This document shows positions 51,058-60,971 of a stretch of DNA of 64,000 nt, piece by piece. This DNA comes from Acidobacteriota bacterium (GTDB lineage Bacteria > Acidobacteriota > UBA6911 > RPQK01 > JAJDTT01). Position numbers and translations under genes: made by a program. The notes under the pieces were generated by a model, which saw nothing but the letters and a program-made list of their open reading frames with translations, did not search any database and was not told the DNA's origin. Positions within the stretch are counted from its first letter, which is position 1. Each line of letters begins with the position of its first letter. Location: assembly GCA_965263035.1 (NCBI GenBank), contig OZ253580.1:3936001-4000000 (forward strand). The letters are read 5' to 3'.

Positions 51058-52408
51058 CCAGCCGGGTGTTGGGAAACTGGGCTCGCCAGCCGAACCAGAA
51101 GGCGCGGTGGGCGGCCAGGCGGATGAGTTTCTCGTCGTTCGGTCCCACCAGAGCGGTCTCCGTCGCCTCCCACTGCTGTCCCGAACTGTCCCTGACCTTG
51201 GAATTCCGGTTCCATTTGGTGAAGGTGACGCCCGTGGCGTCGTAGGCCCGGCTGGCCCCCGACTTGTCGGTGAGGATGACCACCTCCTGTCCTCCCACGC
51301 GGTCTTGGTGCAACCGGCGCTTGCGCAGGTACCGGGTGTCGTAGGCGACCGACTCCCCGTCCATGAGCATGGCCAGGACCTCCTGCTTGTTCTTCAAGCG
51401 CTCGTCCTGAAATGGGGTGGGGAACATGAGCCGGTCGGTGGCGAAATACTCCCTGTAGGCGGCGCCTTCCCCGTAGTCCCGCTCGTGGCCCGTGTCCAGG
51501 GACAGGACCTTGGTCTCCGGGTGACGCCGCCGCCACTCTTTCCAGCGGGTGGTGACGATGGGCAGGCGTTTCAGCTGCAACCCGGAGCCCACCAGGGAGC
51601 CCATGACGGGAACCCCCTCCAGGGCCGACCAGAGGGTGTTGGTCTGGCGGTCGTACATCAGCTTGTTGGAACGGTAGAGGAAGCCGCTGGTCCCGAAACT
51701 GAACTGACGCTCCCCCACCTTCTGGTCGTAGAGGACGGCGGAGCCGCACAAAGTGCAGTAGGCACAGGTGACGTCGATTCCGCCGATCTTGTCGTTGAAG
51801 AGTTCATGCCAGGCCAGAATCCGTTTGGGATAGGCCTTGGCTTCGCCGTTCAGGTAGACGCCGAAGACGATGTGATCGTTCTTGAGGTAGTCCGCCTCCG
51901 CCGCGGAGATCATCTTGGGATATTCCAGCGGCGGAATGCCGTCCTTTTTCACTCCGCCCCAGACCACCTCGTCGAGACGAATCGTGCGCGGGGTCCCGGG
52001 GACGAAGTAGCGGGCGAAACGTTTGTCGATGAAGGAGTAGAGAGTGGTCTTGAAGGTTGCGTATTCGGGATGTTCCTGCTCGTCCTGACTCCAGATCCAG
52101 CGCCACCAGCGGTCCGTGTCCGCCGGCAGATTCTGGCCGGTCCCTTTGCGCAGTAGCCTCAGGACGTTCTGGCCGCGAACGTCTCCGGGGGGCAGAAGCA
52201 TAAAGATCTCCACCAGCATGGGGGCGAATCCCGGATGCCAGTTGGCTTCCAGCCTCCGGGCGGCGGCCCGATGCACCTTGCGGTCGCGGTCGGCCATGTC
52301 GCCGACGGCGGCGGCAGGGGAGGAGTCCTTGGTCTGGGTGGCCTGAGCCAAGACGTGAGGAGGGACACCGCTCAGCAGAAGCAAGACCACCAACGCGCCG
52401 ATCTTCAT
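51050..52408 (-). CDS. Exported DUF3179-domain protein
   Basis: WGGVKKDGIPPL, AYP..ILAWHE, YCTLCGS, FGTSGFLYRSN.LMYD and FWFGW. Confidence 0.88.
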   Translation of the reverse strand: MKIGALVVLLLLSGVPPHVLAQATQTKDSSPAAAVGDMADRDRKVHRAAARRLEANWHPGFAPMLVEIFMLLPPGDVRGQNVLRLLRKGTGQNLPADTDRWWRWIWSQDEQEHPEYATFKTTLYSFIDKRFARYFVPGTPRTIRLDEVVWGGVKKDGIPPLEYPKMISAAEADYLKNDHIVFGVYLNGEAKAYPKRILAWHELFNDKIGGIDVTCAYCTLCGSAVLYDQKVGERQFSFGTSGFLYRSNKLMYDRQTNTLWSALEGVPVMGSLVGSGLQLKRLPIVTTRWKEWRRRHPETKVLSLDTGHERDYGEGAAYREYFATDRLMFPTPFQDERLKNKQEVLAMLMDGESVAYDTRYLRKRRLHQDRVGGQEVVILTDKSGASRAYDATGVTFTKWNRNSKVRDSSGQQWEATETALVGPNDEKLIRLAAHRAFWFGWRAQFPNTRLVK

Positions 52409-52475
52409 TCCCGTTCCGGCTTGCACTCCATCTCTGCCCGGCATCGATCCCCTGCGAAATGCGGGCATACACGGG

Positions 52476-52997
52476 TTAATAGACGATTTCCGTCCCCTCG
52501 CGCAGTACCCAGAAGAGCCGTTGTGCCGCCGGTTCCTCCATCTCCAGTTGCAGGACCGATACCTCCCGGACAAGGGCTTGAAACTGGGCCAGGATCAGGC
52601 GCAGGCGCCGGCCGGAGCGCTTCTTCCAGGTCAAACCGCTCAGATCCGGAGGAGCGACGAACAGGACCGAACCGTCTTCCAACTCCACCGCATAAGTGCC
52701 GGGCATGGAGGCGACGCCTCGACGGGAGGTTAGCGGAACCGGTTTTCCCTGGGAAGCCCGGATTTCCTCCACGGGACGGGGAGGGACCAGTCTGGAAACT
52801 CGGGAGGAACGAAGGGGGGTGGAATCGCGGTTGGATCGCTGTATGGGGATCTCCTTGAGCAGGACTCCCCGTTGCAGGATCCGTGCCGAATGGGTGCCGA
52901 TCTCCACCAGCGGTCCGGGCTTTTCCGAGAGCGACCACCCGGGAGGCTGCATTCCCAGGAAAAGGATCGGCAGAAGGAGTTGGTCACGCCTCCCCAT
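52476..52997 (-). CDS. Degenerate YkuD-like protein (no catalytic His/Cys)
   Basis: Similar overall pattern to L,D-transpeptidases (ending LF..L..GT.I..) but no HG...GC motif. TGATG-coupled to the upstream gene. Confidence 0.5.
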   Translation of the reverse strand: MGRRDQLLLPILFLGMQPPGWSLSEKPGPLVEIGTHSARILQRGVLLKEIPIQRSNRDSTPLRSSRVSRLVPPRPVEEIRASQGKPVPLTSRRGVASMPGTYAVELEDGSVLFVAPPDLSGLTWKKRSGRRLRLILAQFQALVREVSVLQLEMEEPAAQRLFWVLREGTEIVY

Positions 52998-53572
52998 CAG
53001 AAGATGAAAACCGGAGTCCCCAACGGGGCCAGGTCCACGAGCCTGTCCAGATCGGCTTCGGACAGGCGGATGCAACCGTGGGTCACGTTCTGTCCCAGAA
53101 GCCGGGTGTACAGAGTCCCGTGGATGTAGTAGCCGTCTCCGATTCCCAGGGCGAAACTTCCCAGCACCCCGTATTCCATCCGATCGCCGTCCCGCGCGGG
53201 AAGGGGCTCACCCTCTTCCACGAACGCCCAGTCGGGTTTCCGCCAGACCGGGAACTCGGTCACGTACTCGATCTTGAATTCACCCCGGGGGGTATCGAAG
53301 GTCCACTCCCGGTCGCCGACGATCAGACGGTGACCACTGCCGGTTGCGCACAGTGCATCGAGAAGGACCCGCTGCCCGTGACGGACATAGAGACGGTTTT
53401 CCGCCGTGTCGATGAGAATAATGCGCCCTCGCGGCGGGGTTTCCTGGGGTTTGGAAAGATCCCGCGCCGCCGGGGCGGGGCTGGCGCCGTACGCTTCGAA
53501 CCGGCTCTCGGGGCTGGAAAAGGCGGAAGCCCCCAATATGGCGGCGCCAACCAGGAGAATGCCTCGGGTCAG
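52997..53572 (-). CDS. L,D-transpeptidase (YkuD family)
   Basis: IDTAENRLY, FDTPRG, P.W..PDW, YYIHGT...THGCIRL. A complete signal peptide needs a CTG start at 53572. Confidence 0.88.
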   Translation of the reverse strand: MTRGILLVGAAILGASAFSSPESRFEAYGASPAPAARDLSKPQETPPRGRIILIDTAENRLYVRHGQRVLLDALCATGSGHRLIVGDREWTFDTPRGEFKIEYVTEFPVWRKPDWAFVEEGEPLPARDGDRMEYGVLGSFALGIGDGYYIHGTLYTRLLGQNVTHGCIRLSEADLDRLVDLAPLGTPVFIF

Positions 53573-54168
53573 CGTCGCCTTCTCTGCTGAATGGCCTGCT
53601 CAATCTCGGAGCTGACTCCGTCCGCCTTCCGCTTGACTGCGCCGAATTGATTCAAGGCGTCCATGTACTTGCCCGCTTCGTAGACCTGCTGCGCGCCTGC
53701 CAGCATGGCTTCGGCCGAGGCTACGTCGCCCTCCAGGGCGGCTACGCTCTCGCGGGCTCCCTTGCCGCGTCGCGGCGCCTTGCGCAACATGGCCTGGGCG
53801 TTTTCGATGGCGGCCTGAGCCGCTTCGTTCGCCGCCTCCGCCTGACCCTTGACCTTGATCTTGTTTTCACCGGCAGCAGCGGTTGCAGCCTCAGCTTCGG
53901 AGGTCGCCCGGCTCACCAGTTCTCGGGCCTGATCGTAGCTGCGGGTCAGGGCGAAACTTCCATCCTGCACCGCGATCTCGGCTTCGGCCTCCTTCAGCGT
54001 CCCCGCAGCCTTGCGAAGCTCGTCCGGCGCGTAGGTTTCGGCCTCCGCGGCCCGGGCCGCGTCCAGTGCCTGGCGCGCCGCGTCGAGTTCCGATGCCGGC
54101 GGGCTGTCGCAACCCGTGAGTAGCACCAGCAACGCTGCGCAAGACGAGAACAGGAGAGCTCTTCTCAT
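53569..54168 (-). CDS. DUF4398-like helical lipoprotein
   Basis: Lipobox LTGC; PP..EL.AA..AL..A..A.A..YAP; GGAGG RBS. Confidence 0.78.
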   Translation of the reverse strand: MRRALLFSSCAALLVLLTGCDSPPASELDAARQALDAARAAEAETYAPDELRKAAGTLKEAEAEIAVQDGSFALTRSYDQARELVSRATSEAEAATAAAGENKIKVKGQAEAANEAAQAAIENAQAMLRKAPRRGKGARESVAALEGDVASAEAMLAGAQQVYEAGKYMDALNQFGAVKRKADGVSSEIEQAIQQRRRR

Positions 54169-54325
54169 GTGACCTCCTTCAGACCATCCCGAGTCTGTTC
54201 GTGAGAGTGAAAAATAAGCATTGTCCAATAATTGGTCCATGTTAGCATGTTTCCCGCCGGACCTGGAACCGGGGATTTGTCTTGATTTCCGGAGCGTGGC
54301 CGGAAACAGTCGGAGCAGTCATTCC

Positions 54326-55528
54326 ATGACCCAGCGACTCTATCACCAGGACTCTTATCTCAAGACTTTTCGTGGGCGGGTCGTCGATGTCGTCCGATGG
54401 AAGGGAAAACCGGCCGTGGAGCTGGACCGGAGCTGCTTCTATCCCGCTTCCGGAGGGCAGCCTGCCGACCGTGGCGTTCTGGAGGGGTTGCCGGTCGTGG
54501 AGATGGCGGAGCCGGGCGGCCGGCTTCTGCACGTCCTGGAGCAGGGGTGCCCGGAGGAAGGTCAGGACGTGAAGGGAAGCCTCGACTGGGAACGGCGCTT
54601 CGACCACATGCAGCAGCATACGGGCCAGCACATATTGTCGCAGGCCTTCATCGAGGTCCTGGATTGGGAAACGGTTTCTTTTCATCTGGGGCGGGAGTCT
54701 TGCACCATCGATCTCGCCGGAGCTGCACTGTCCCCGGAACTGATCTACCAGGTGGAAGACGTGGCCAATAGGATCATCATCGAGTGCCGGTCCATCCGAG
54801 TCCATCTTGTCGACGCTCGCCGCCAGGGCGATTTTCCCCTCCGCAAGCCGTCCGACCGGAAGGGAACCTTGCGAATCGTCGAGATCTCGGACTTCGATTT
54901 CTCGGCCTGCGGCGGAACCCATTGCCGATCGACGGGGGAGGTCGGTCTCATCAAGATCCGCCGCTGGGAGCGGGCGAAGAAGCGGGCCCGGGTCGAATTC
55001 TACTGCGGAGGGAGAGCCTTCCGGGACTACCGCTGGAAGAACCGGGCCGTGTACAGTCTCTCCCGCCTCTATTCCCGGCCCGACCGGGAAGTGGTGGAGG
55101 CCGCCATGGAGCACCTGGAGCGGGAAGAAGGGCTGCGCAAAAGGCTGGTGGAGGGTCAGGACCGCTACCTGGAATCGGAGGCCGCCCGGCTGCTGGCTGG
55201 CGCTCAGGAGGTGCGGGGAATTCGAGTGGTCCGGCGGGTCTTGACCGGGATGGATATGGGGGCGGTTCGGGAGCTGGCCCGCAAACTGGTCCAGGACGGC
55301 GAAAAGAGGCTGGTTCTATTGGGGTTGGAAGGTGATTCTCCGGCTCTCGTCTTTGCCCGTTCGGAGGACCTGCCCTGGCACATGGGAGATTGGATCCGCA
55401 ACGCCGCACCCCTGATCGCGGGCCGGGGAGGCGGCAGTCCCCGCCACGCTCAGGCCCGAGGCTCACGGTCCGAAGGATTGGAAGCGGCTCTCGATGACGC
55501 TTTGAACCACGTTCGCGAGGAGGACTGA
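54326..55528 (+). CDS. Alanyl-tRNA editing protein (AlaX type with DHHA1)
   Basis: TQRLY..DSY, FYP.SGGQP.D, MQQHTGQH, ACGGTH and GRGGG. Confidence 0.9.
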   Translation: MTQRLYHQDSYLKTFRGRVVDVVRWKGKPAVELDRSCFYPASGGQPADRGVLEGLPVVEMAEPGGRLLHVLEQGCPEEGQDVKGSLDWERRFDHMQQHTGQHILSQAFIEVLDWETVSFHLGRESCTIDLAGAALSPELIYQVEDVANRIIIECRSIRVHLVDARRQGDFPLRKPSDRKGTLRIVEISDFDFSACGGTHCRSTGEVGLIKIRRWERAKKRARVEFYCGGRAFRDYRWKNRAVYSLSRLYSRPDREVVEAAMEHLEREEGLRKRLVEGQDRYLESEAARLLAGAQEVRGIRVVRRVLTGMDMGAVRELARKLVQDGEKRLVLLGLEGDSPALVFARSEDLPWHMGDWIRNAAPLIAGRGGGSPRHAQARGSRSEGLEAALDDALNHVREED

Positions 55529-57042
55529 TGCTCCGTTCCCGGATTCCCGCCTTTCTGATTCTCCCTGCGCTGCTCTGGTCCTGCTCCGAGCCCGGTCCCA
55601 CGTCCACACCCGTTCTGGAAATCGGCGTCCAGCCCCAGGTGCTGGTGGATAATTTCATTGTGGAGCGAACCGAGGCCCTCAGCCGCCGGTTGAATCCGTT
55701 GGCAAAGCATGCGGCGAATCCGGTGCTGAGTCCTCAGCGGCCCTGGGAAGGACGGTCCACCTTGCCGACCACCGTCCTCTTCGATAACGCGGACCGGCGC
55801 TTCAAGATGTGGTACCAGTGCCGGGACGAGCTATCGAGTTCCCGCCGGGGCCGGGATCGCTGGGCCTACGCCGTTTCCGGTGACGGCATCACCTGGGAAA
55901 AACCCAACCTCGGACTCACCTCCTTCGCCGGCTCCCGCCGTAACAATTTGATTCCCTATCCGGTCAGCCGTGTGTTGCTGGATTCCACGGAGTCCGATCC
56001 CGAACACCGCTTCAAGGCCTTGGCATACGACCGGATCCACGAGGATGGACCGGCCGGCATCTTGGTCGGGTTTTCTCCCGACGGTCTTCGTTGGAGCCTT
56101 CAGTCGCCGAGTCCCCTCCTCGCCGAGACCAGGGGCCAAGGGACGCACGCCGGAATCGGCGACACTCATACGGTTTTGGGCTGGGATGAACGTTGGGACA
56201 GGTATGTGGCCTTCATGCGACCCAGCCGCCGTTTTCGGGACATCGGTCTCTCCCACAGCACCGACTTCACGGACTGGCGCCTACCCACGCCGGTGCTGAC
56301 CCCAGACCCAAACGATCCGCCGGGAACCCAGTTCTGCGAGATGGCGGTGTTTCGGGATCGCGGCGTCTACTGGGGACTGCTCTCGGTCTACCATCCCGAC
56401 TCCCTCATGGTGGACGTGCAGTTGGCCTTCAGCCGCGACGGGGTCGGCTGGCGACGCGTCGGCCGGCGGCATCCCATTCTCACATACGGGCTTCCGGACC
56501 GGTTCGACTCCCATCAACTGAGGGCGCTCAATCCGCTGTTGGTGGGTGACGAGATCCAGGTCTACTACGCCGCCGAGAACGAACCGCATGCCCTTACTCC
56601 TCAGGATGCGCCCCTTCTGACCCATGCCGTTGATGCCCCTCCCGAGACACCCCCCGAGCAGGGTTGGGTCCGGCAGGGACGCGGGTTTGGAGGCTTGGCC
56701 CGATGCCGGCGGGACGGATTCGTCTCGCTGGACAGCGGCTCGTCTCTGGGGTCCCTGCTGACCAAGCCCTTCACCTGCCGGGGAGACCGGATTCTGTTCA
56801 ACGCGGACGCCGGTCGAGGGGAGATCCGGGTGGGGATCCTGGACGCTGAAGGGCGGCCTCTGGAGGGTTTCGCCGAGGCGGATGGGGAGCGTATCCGGGG
56901 GAATTCCATGCGCCACGTCGCTGCATGGAGAGGAGATCCTGATATTTCTTCCCTGAAGGGCCGGGCCATCCAGCTCCGGATCACCATGACCAATTCCAAG
57001 CTCTACTCCTTCGCCATTGGCGAATCCGGGAGGCCAAAATGA
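55528..57042 (+). CDS. Lipoprotein with GH32/43-like five-bladed beta-propeller and beta-sandwich
   Basis: Lipobox-like LWSC; NPVL...WE, S.DGITWEKP, SRDGVGW, RRDGFVSL and LYSF. Confidence 0.7.
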   Translation: MLRSRIPAFLILPALLWSCSEPGPTSTPVLEIGVQPQVLVDNFIVERTEALSRRLNPLAKHAANPVLSPQRPWEGRSTLPTTVLFDNADRRFKMWYQCRDELSSSRRGRDRWAYAVSGDGITWEKPNLGLTSFAGSRRNNLIPYPVSRVLLDSTESDPEHRFKALAYDRIHEDGPAGILVGFSPDGLRWSLQSPSPLLAETRGQGTHAGIGDTHTVLGWDERWDRYVAFMRPSRRFRDIGLSHSTDFTDWRLPTPVLTPDPNDPPGTQFCEMAVFRDRGVYWGLLSVYHPDSLMVDVQLAFSRDGVGWRRVGRRHPILTYGLPDRFDSHQLRALNPLLVGDEIQVYYAAENEPHALTPQDAPLLTHAVDAPPETPPEQGWVRQGRGFGGLARCRRDGFVSLDSGSSLGSLLTKPFTCRGDRILFNADAGRGEIRVGILDAEGRPLEGFAEADGERIRGNSMRHVAAWRGDPDISSLKGRAIQLRITMTNSKLYSFAIGESGRPK

Positions 57043-58790
57043 GACGTTTCCTTCTGCTTGGGGTTCCGGGCGCGCTCCTCATAGCCTCCTGCGGCCAGGC
57101 ACCCACCGTGACCACGGGAGAGGCGACTCCCCTGGGTCTGGGCGCCCTGAGCCTGAACGGTGAGATTCATCCCAAGGGGATCTACACCACCTATCATTTC
57201 GAGTACGGTCCCACGCCTTCGTTCGGATTCAAGACCCGGGAACGGCCGCTGCCGCCGCGCTTGGCGGCCCATTACCGGGAGACCTGGGATGAAGGCTCCG
57301 GGGGTTGGAGCAGTTGGGCTCAGGAGCATATCCATCATCCCGAAGGAGGAGCTTCAGGGGGGTATATCGAGTGGCGCCAGCCGGCGGCCAACAACGACTT
57401 CAACCACATGGCCGCCGACGTGCTGCACTTGGTGAAATTCCTCCGGACCGGGCTGCTGCCCCAATGGAGACAGGAGGGCAACGCCACCCTGGGCGGATCG
57501 GATCCCGATCTCCGGGATGCCCGCGTCTCCATCTGGGTCCGGGGAGACGGGTGGAAGCCCAGGGGCTCGGAGCTGACGTGGTGGCTGCAGAGCCAGAGCA
57601 ACCCGGGAATGGGGAACCAAGTGGGTTGGCGGCGCGCCAACTGGGCCTACAGCGGCACTACCCTAACCGACGAGCTCTTGGACGGTGAGTGGCACCACGT
57701 CGTGTACCGCCTCGAGAACGACACCAACAAGTGGAACTACGGCGGAAAGAACATCGGCCAGGGCCGTGCGTCCCAGCGCTACGAGTACTGGTCCATCGAC
57801 CAGGCCCTGGGGCACAACAACAACAATTTCTTTCACCTCCTGTCTTTCATAGATCCCCAGAACCTCCCGGTCGGCGCCATTCACTTCGACGAGTTCGAGT
57901 TGACCTACCGCAACGAGTCCCTGCTCCTCGTCAGCAACGGCGGCCGCTTGATCCGTTGGCCGGACAGCGGGAACGACGATCCGTCCACCCTGACGGACGG
58001 GTGGCGCCACGGCGAGGGGAAGATGTGGCGCAGCGGGCCGGATCCGTCCGAGCCCTTGGAATTCGTGTACGAGTTTCAGGATCCGGTGACCATCGAGACG
58101 ATTCAGGTGCACCAGAATTCCGAGTGGCCGAGCCGGGACCTGGAAATCTCGGTTTCGACGGACGGAGATGCGTTCACCCCGATCAGCCGCTTGGCGCTGC
58201 CCGAAAAAGGCGAGCCCAACGCCAACTTCGCCTTCACCGTGGAGACCGGGCTTTCGGTACATGCTGGGTTCCTGAAGGTCCGAGTGCTGTCCGGCTACCG
58301 CTCGCGGCATTGGGGTCTGGGAGAGATCGAGGTGTTCGGGAAAGGCGCCAGGATGCTTCCCGACGACGACCTCTACCACGTGAACCAGGATGTCTGGGAC
58401 CTGCGCCCGGGCGCCACCATTCACTACCGGGTGGTGGCAACGGGTGCCGAAGGCGTCGCCCGGGGCGAAACCAGGAGCTTCACCCTTTCCCCGGATCGAC
58501 GGCCCCACGTCCGGGCGCTGGAGCCGCTTCGCTCGACCCCGGCCACCGCCCGGCTTCAGGGCAGGCTTTCGCCCATGGGGCTTCTCACCTACTACCACTT
58601 CGAATACGGTGCCGATCCCGGTCTGGGAAGCAGGACTCCCCTGCGTTACGCCGGAGCCGAGATCACTCCCCGGTCGGTCTTCGCCGACCTGGACGGGCTA
58701 CCGCCGAAAACCCGCACCCATTACCGGCTGGTGGGTATCAACGCAGACGGCGTGGTCCGGAGCGAAACTGTGTCGTTGCTGACGCGTTGA
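57039..58790 (+). CDS. Lipoprotein with FN3-like repeats and a discoidin (F5/8)-like domain
   Basis: Lipobox IASC; YHFEYG twice; HYR.V twice; LTDG...W.S, STDG..F and GLGEIEVFG. Confidence 0.72.
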   Translation: MRRFLLLGVPGALLIASCGQAPTVTTGEATPLGLGALSLNGEIHPKGIYTTYHFEYGPTPSFGFKTRERPLPPRLAAHYRETWDEGSGGWSSWAQEHIHHPEGGASGGYIEWRQPAANNDFNHMAADVLHLVKFLRTGLLPQWRQEGNATLGGSDPDLRDARVSIWVRGDGWKPRGSELTWWLQSQSNPGMGNQVGWRRANWAYSGTTLTDELLDGEWHHVVYRLENDTNKWNYGGKNIGQGRASQRYEYWSIDQALGHNNNNFFHLLSFIDPQNLPVGAIHFDEFELTYRNESLLLVSNGGRLIRWPDSGNDDPSTLTDGWRHGEGKMWRSGPDPSEPLEFVYEFQDPVTIETIQVHQNSEWPSRDLEISVSTDGDAFTPISRLALPEKGEPNANFAFTVETGLSVHAGFLKVRVLSGYRSRHWGLGEIEVFGKGARMLPDDDLYHVNQDVWDLRPGATIHYRVVATGAEGVARGETRSFTLSPDRRPHVRALEPLRSTPATARLQGRLSPMGLLTYYHFEYGADPGLGSRTPLRYAGAEITPRSVFADLDGLPPKTRTHYRLVGINADGVVRSETVSLLTR

Positions 58791-58893
58791 AGGGGAAGAG
58801 GGTGAAGAACAGGCGGTTGGAGGTCCCGAATTCCGATATCCGGACCGGAGAGATCCTTTCCGGCTGTCGGCTGCGTCAGGCGGGAGATTCTCA

Positions 58894-59847
58894 ATGAACT
58901 CGGCTGAGTTCCTGGAGGCCCGGGAGCGACTGTCGACGGTTGCCCGGGTGACCCCGCTGATCCAGTCCAAGCTCGATCCCGGGCTTCACTTCAAGGCCGA
59001 GAACCTGCAGGTGACCGGCTCTTTCAAGATCCGGGCCGCCTATAACCAGATGATCCAACTGGACCAGGAACAACGGGACCGGGGCATCGTCACCTCCAGC
59101 TCCGGGAACTTCGCCCAGGCGGTGGCCTACGCCGCCAAGATGTTGGGACTCTCGGCCAAGATCGTGATGATGGAGAACTCCAACCCCATGAAGGTGTCGG
59201 GCACTCGCCGCTGGGGCGGTGAGGTGGTCTTCTGCGAGAACCGCTTCGAGGCCCGAAACCGGACCGTGGAGAGGATCCGTGAGGACGAGGACCGGAGCAC
59301 GGTCCACCCCTACGACCACGCCGCCGCGGTGGCGGGAAACGGGACCGCCGGACTGGAGATCTTGGAGCAACTGGACGAGGTGGAGAACGTAGTCGTTCCC
59401 ATCAGCGGCGGCGGACTCATCAGCGGAATTGCCATGGCCGTCAAGGAACGGAAACCTTCGGTCAAGGTATGGGGCGTTCAACCGCGGGGTTCCAACGCCA
59501 CGTATCTATCGTTCCGAAAGCAGGAGCCGGTGGCCCTGGAGCGGGCCGATACCGTGGCCGACGGCCTCACCGTCACCCGGCCCGGAGGCCTGACCTTCCC
59601 CCTGATTCTCCGCTACGTGGACGGCGTGGAGATGGTGGAGGAAGACTCGATCCTTTACAGTGTGGGGCATCTCATGGGAGAGGAGAAGCTGGTGGTGGAA
59701 CCCTCCGGCGCCGTCCCCCTGGCAGCGGTTCTGGAAGGCAAGGTCCCCCTGCGAAACACGGTTCTGGTTCTGAGCGGGGGAAACATGGGGCAGGAGATCA
59801 TGAACCGGTCTCTCGGTCTCTTCTCCGAGGGAAGGAGTCCAAAATGA
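58894..59847 (+). CDS. PLP-dependent threonine/serine dehydratase (short catabolic type)
   Basis: KAENLQVTGSFKIR, SSGNFAQ, SGGGL, VEPSGA and LSGGN. Confidence 0.9.
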   Translation: MNSAEFLEARERLSTVARVTPLIQSKLDPGLHFKAENLQVTGSFKIRAAYNQMIQLDQEQRDRGIVTSSSGNFAQAVAYAAKMLGLSAKIVMMENSNPMKVSGTRRWGGEVVFCENRFEARNRTVERIREDEDRSTVHPYDHAAAVAGNGTAGLEILEQLDEVENVVVPISGGGLISGIAMAVKERKPSVKVWGVQPRGSNATYLSFRKQEPVALERADTVADGLTVTRPGGLTFPLILRYVDGVEMVEEDSILYSVGHLMGEEKLVVEPSGAVPLAAVLEGKVPLRNTVLVLSGGNMGQEIMNRSLGLFSEGRSPK

Positions 59848-60971
59848 AGATCCGATCCGGTCGAACGTCGCACACTTGGCTGAGTACGGGTGCCCTTGTC
59901 CTGGGAGTCGTCTGGTCCTTTGCGGGAGGAGTCTCTGCCCAGGAGGCCTTCGTCATGGACGAGTTGCAGGCGGAACGCGTGGTGGTGGCTCCCGGCGGAT
60001 ATTTCCCTCGCATGGAGATCCTGAAGAACGGCGATCTGCTGGTCTCGGTGAAGGCGGGCGCCGCTCATGTCGGCAAGACGGGACGCGCCGACGTCGTCCG
60101 CTCCACCGACGGCGGCCGGACCTGGGGCAAGCCGGTGACCGTATTCGACCTGCCCGGCCGGGACGACGCCATCGACGCCATGGGGCGCCTCTCGGACGGA
60201 ACCCTGATCGCCGGCATCGTGTCCTATTCCTGGACGGGTGAGCGCTACACGGGAGAGGGTTGGAGCGCCGACACCTGGGTGATCCGCTCGTCCGACCACG
60301 GGTTTACCTGGAGCGAGCCGGTCAAGCTGGAAGCCACGCCCCACGATTGGCTCTATCCCTTCGGACGTCCCGTGGAGTTGGAGGATGGAACCGTCCTCCT
60401 GTCCGGATACGGTTCGGCTCTTCCCAGGGACCGCAAGACGCCCACCACCTCCTTCGTGGTCCGGTCCCGGGACGGCGGCAAGACGTGGGGCGAATACGTC
60501 GCGGTGGCCAGCCGTTTCGACGAGCTCTGCATTGCCCGTCTGCCCTCGGGGAAGCTGGTCGCCGCCCTGCGCGCGACCGGCGGCTCGGCCTCCCTCTCCT
60601 TTTCCTCCGACGACGGCCGGACCTGGAGCAAGACGCGCCGCTTGACCGAGGCCGCGGAACATCCCGCGGACCTGCTGGTGCTGGCCGATGGCAGGCTGCT
60701 GATCACCTTCGGCGTGCGCCACCAGCCCTATGGAGTCCAGGCCATGCTCAGCCGGGACGGAGGCGAGATCTGGTCCAAGCAGAAGAGGATCCTGTTGGCA
60801 TGGGATGGAGAACACGGTGACCTTGGCTATCCGGTCTCCATTCAGAGGCCCGACGGCAGAATCGTCACCGCCTACTACATCGTCTACGGTGAACGGGACT
60901 CCTGGGGAGACAAAGGGGTCGCCATGAAGAACTCCTTCACCAAGGCGGTCATCTGGTCGCCGCCCCGATGA
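59844..60971 (+). CDS. Exported sialidase-like BNR/Asp-box protein
   Basis: Asp-boxes STDGGRTW, SSDHGFTW, SRDGGKTW, SSDDGRTW and SRDGGEIW; DLGYP. Confidence 0.85.
   Translation: MKIRSGRTSHTWLSTGALVLGVVWSFAGGVSAQEAFVMDELQAERVVVAPGGYFPRMEILKNGDLLVSVKAGAAHVGKTGRADVVRSTDGGRTWGKPVTVFDLPGRDDAIDAMGRLSDGTLIAGIVSYSWTGERYTGEGWSADTWVIRSSDHGFTWSEPVKLEATPHDWLYPFGRPVELEDGTVLLSGYGSALPRDRKTPTTSFVVRSRDGGKTWGEYVAVASRFDELCIARLPSGKLVAALRATGGSASLSFSSDDGRTWSKTRRLTEAAEHPADLLVLADGRLLITFGVRHQPYGVQAMLSRDGGEIWSKQKRILLAWDGEHGDLGYPVSIQRPDGRIVTAYYIVYGERDSWGDKGVAMKNSFTKAVIWSPPR

Noticed and set aside
51740-51775. Selenocysteine in the DUF3179 protein
   Set aside because: The motif is read through as YCTLCG with ordinary Cys codons.
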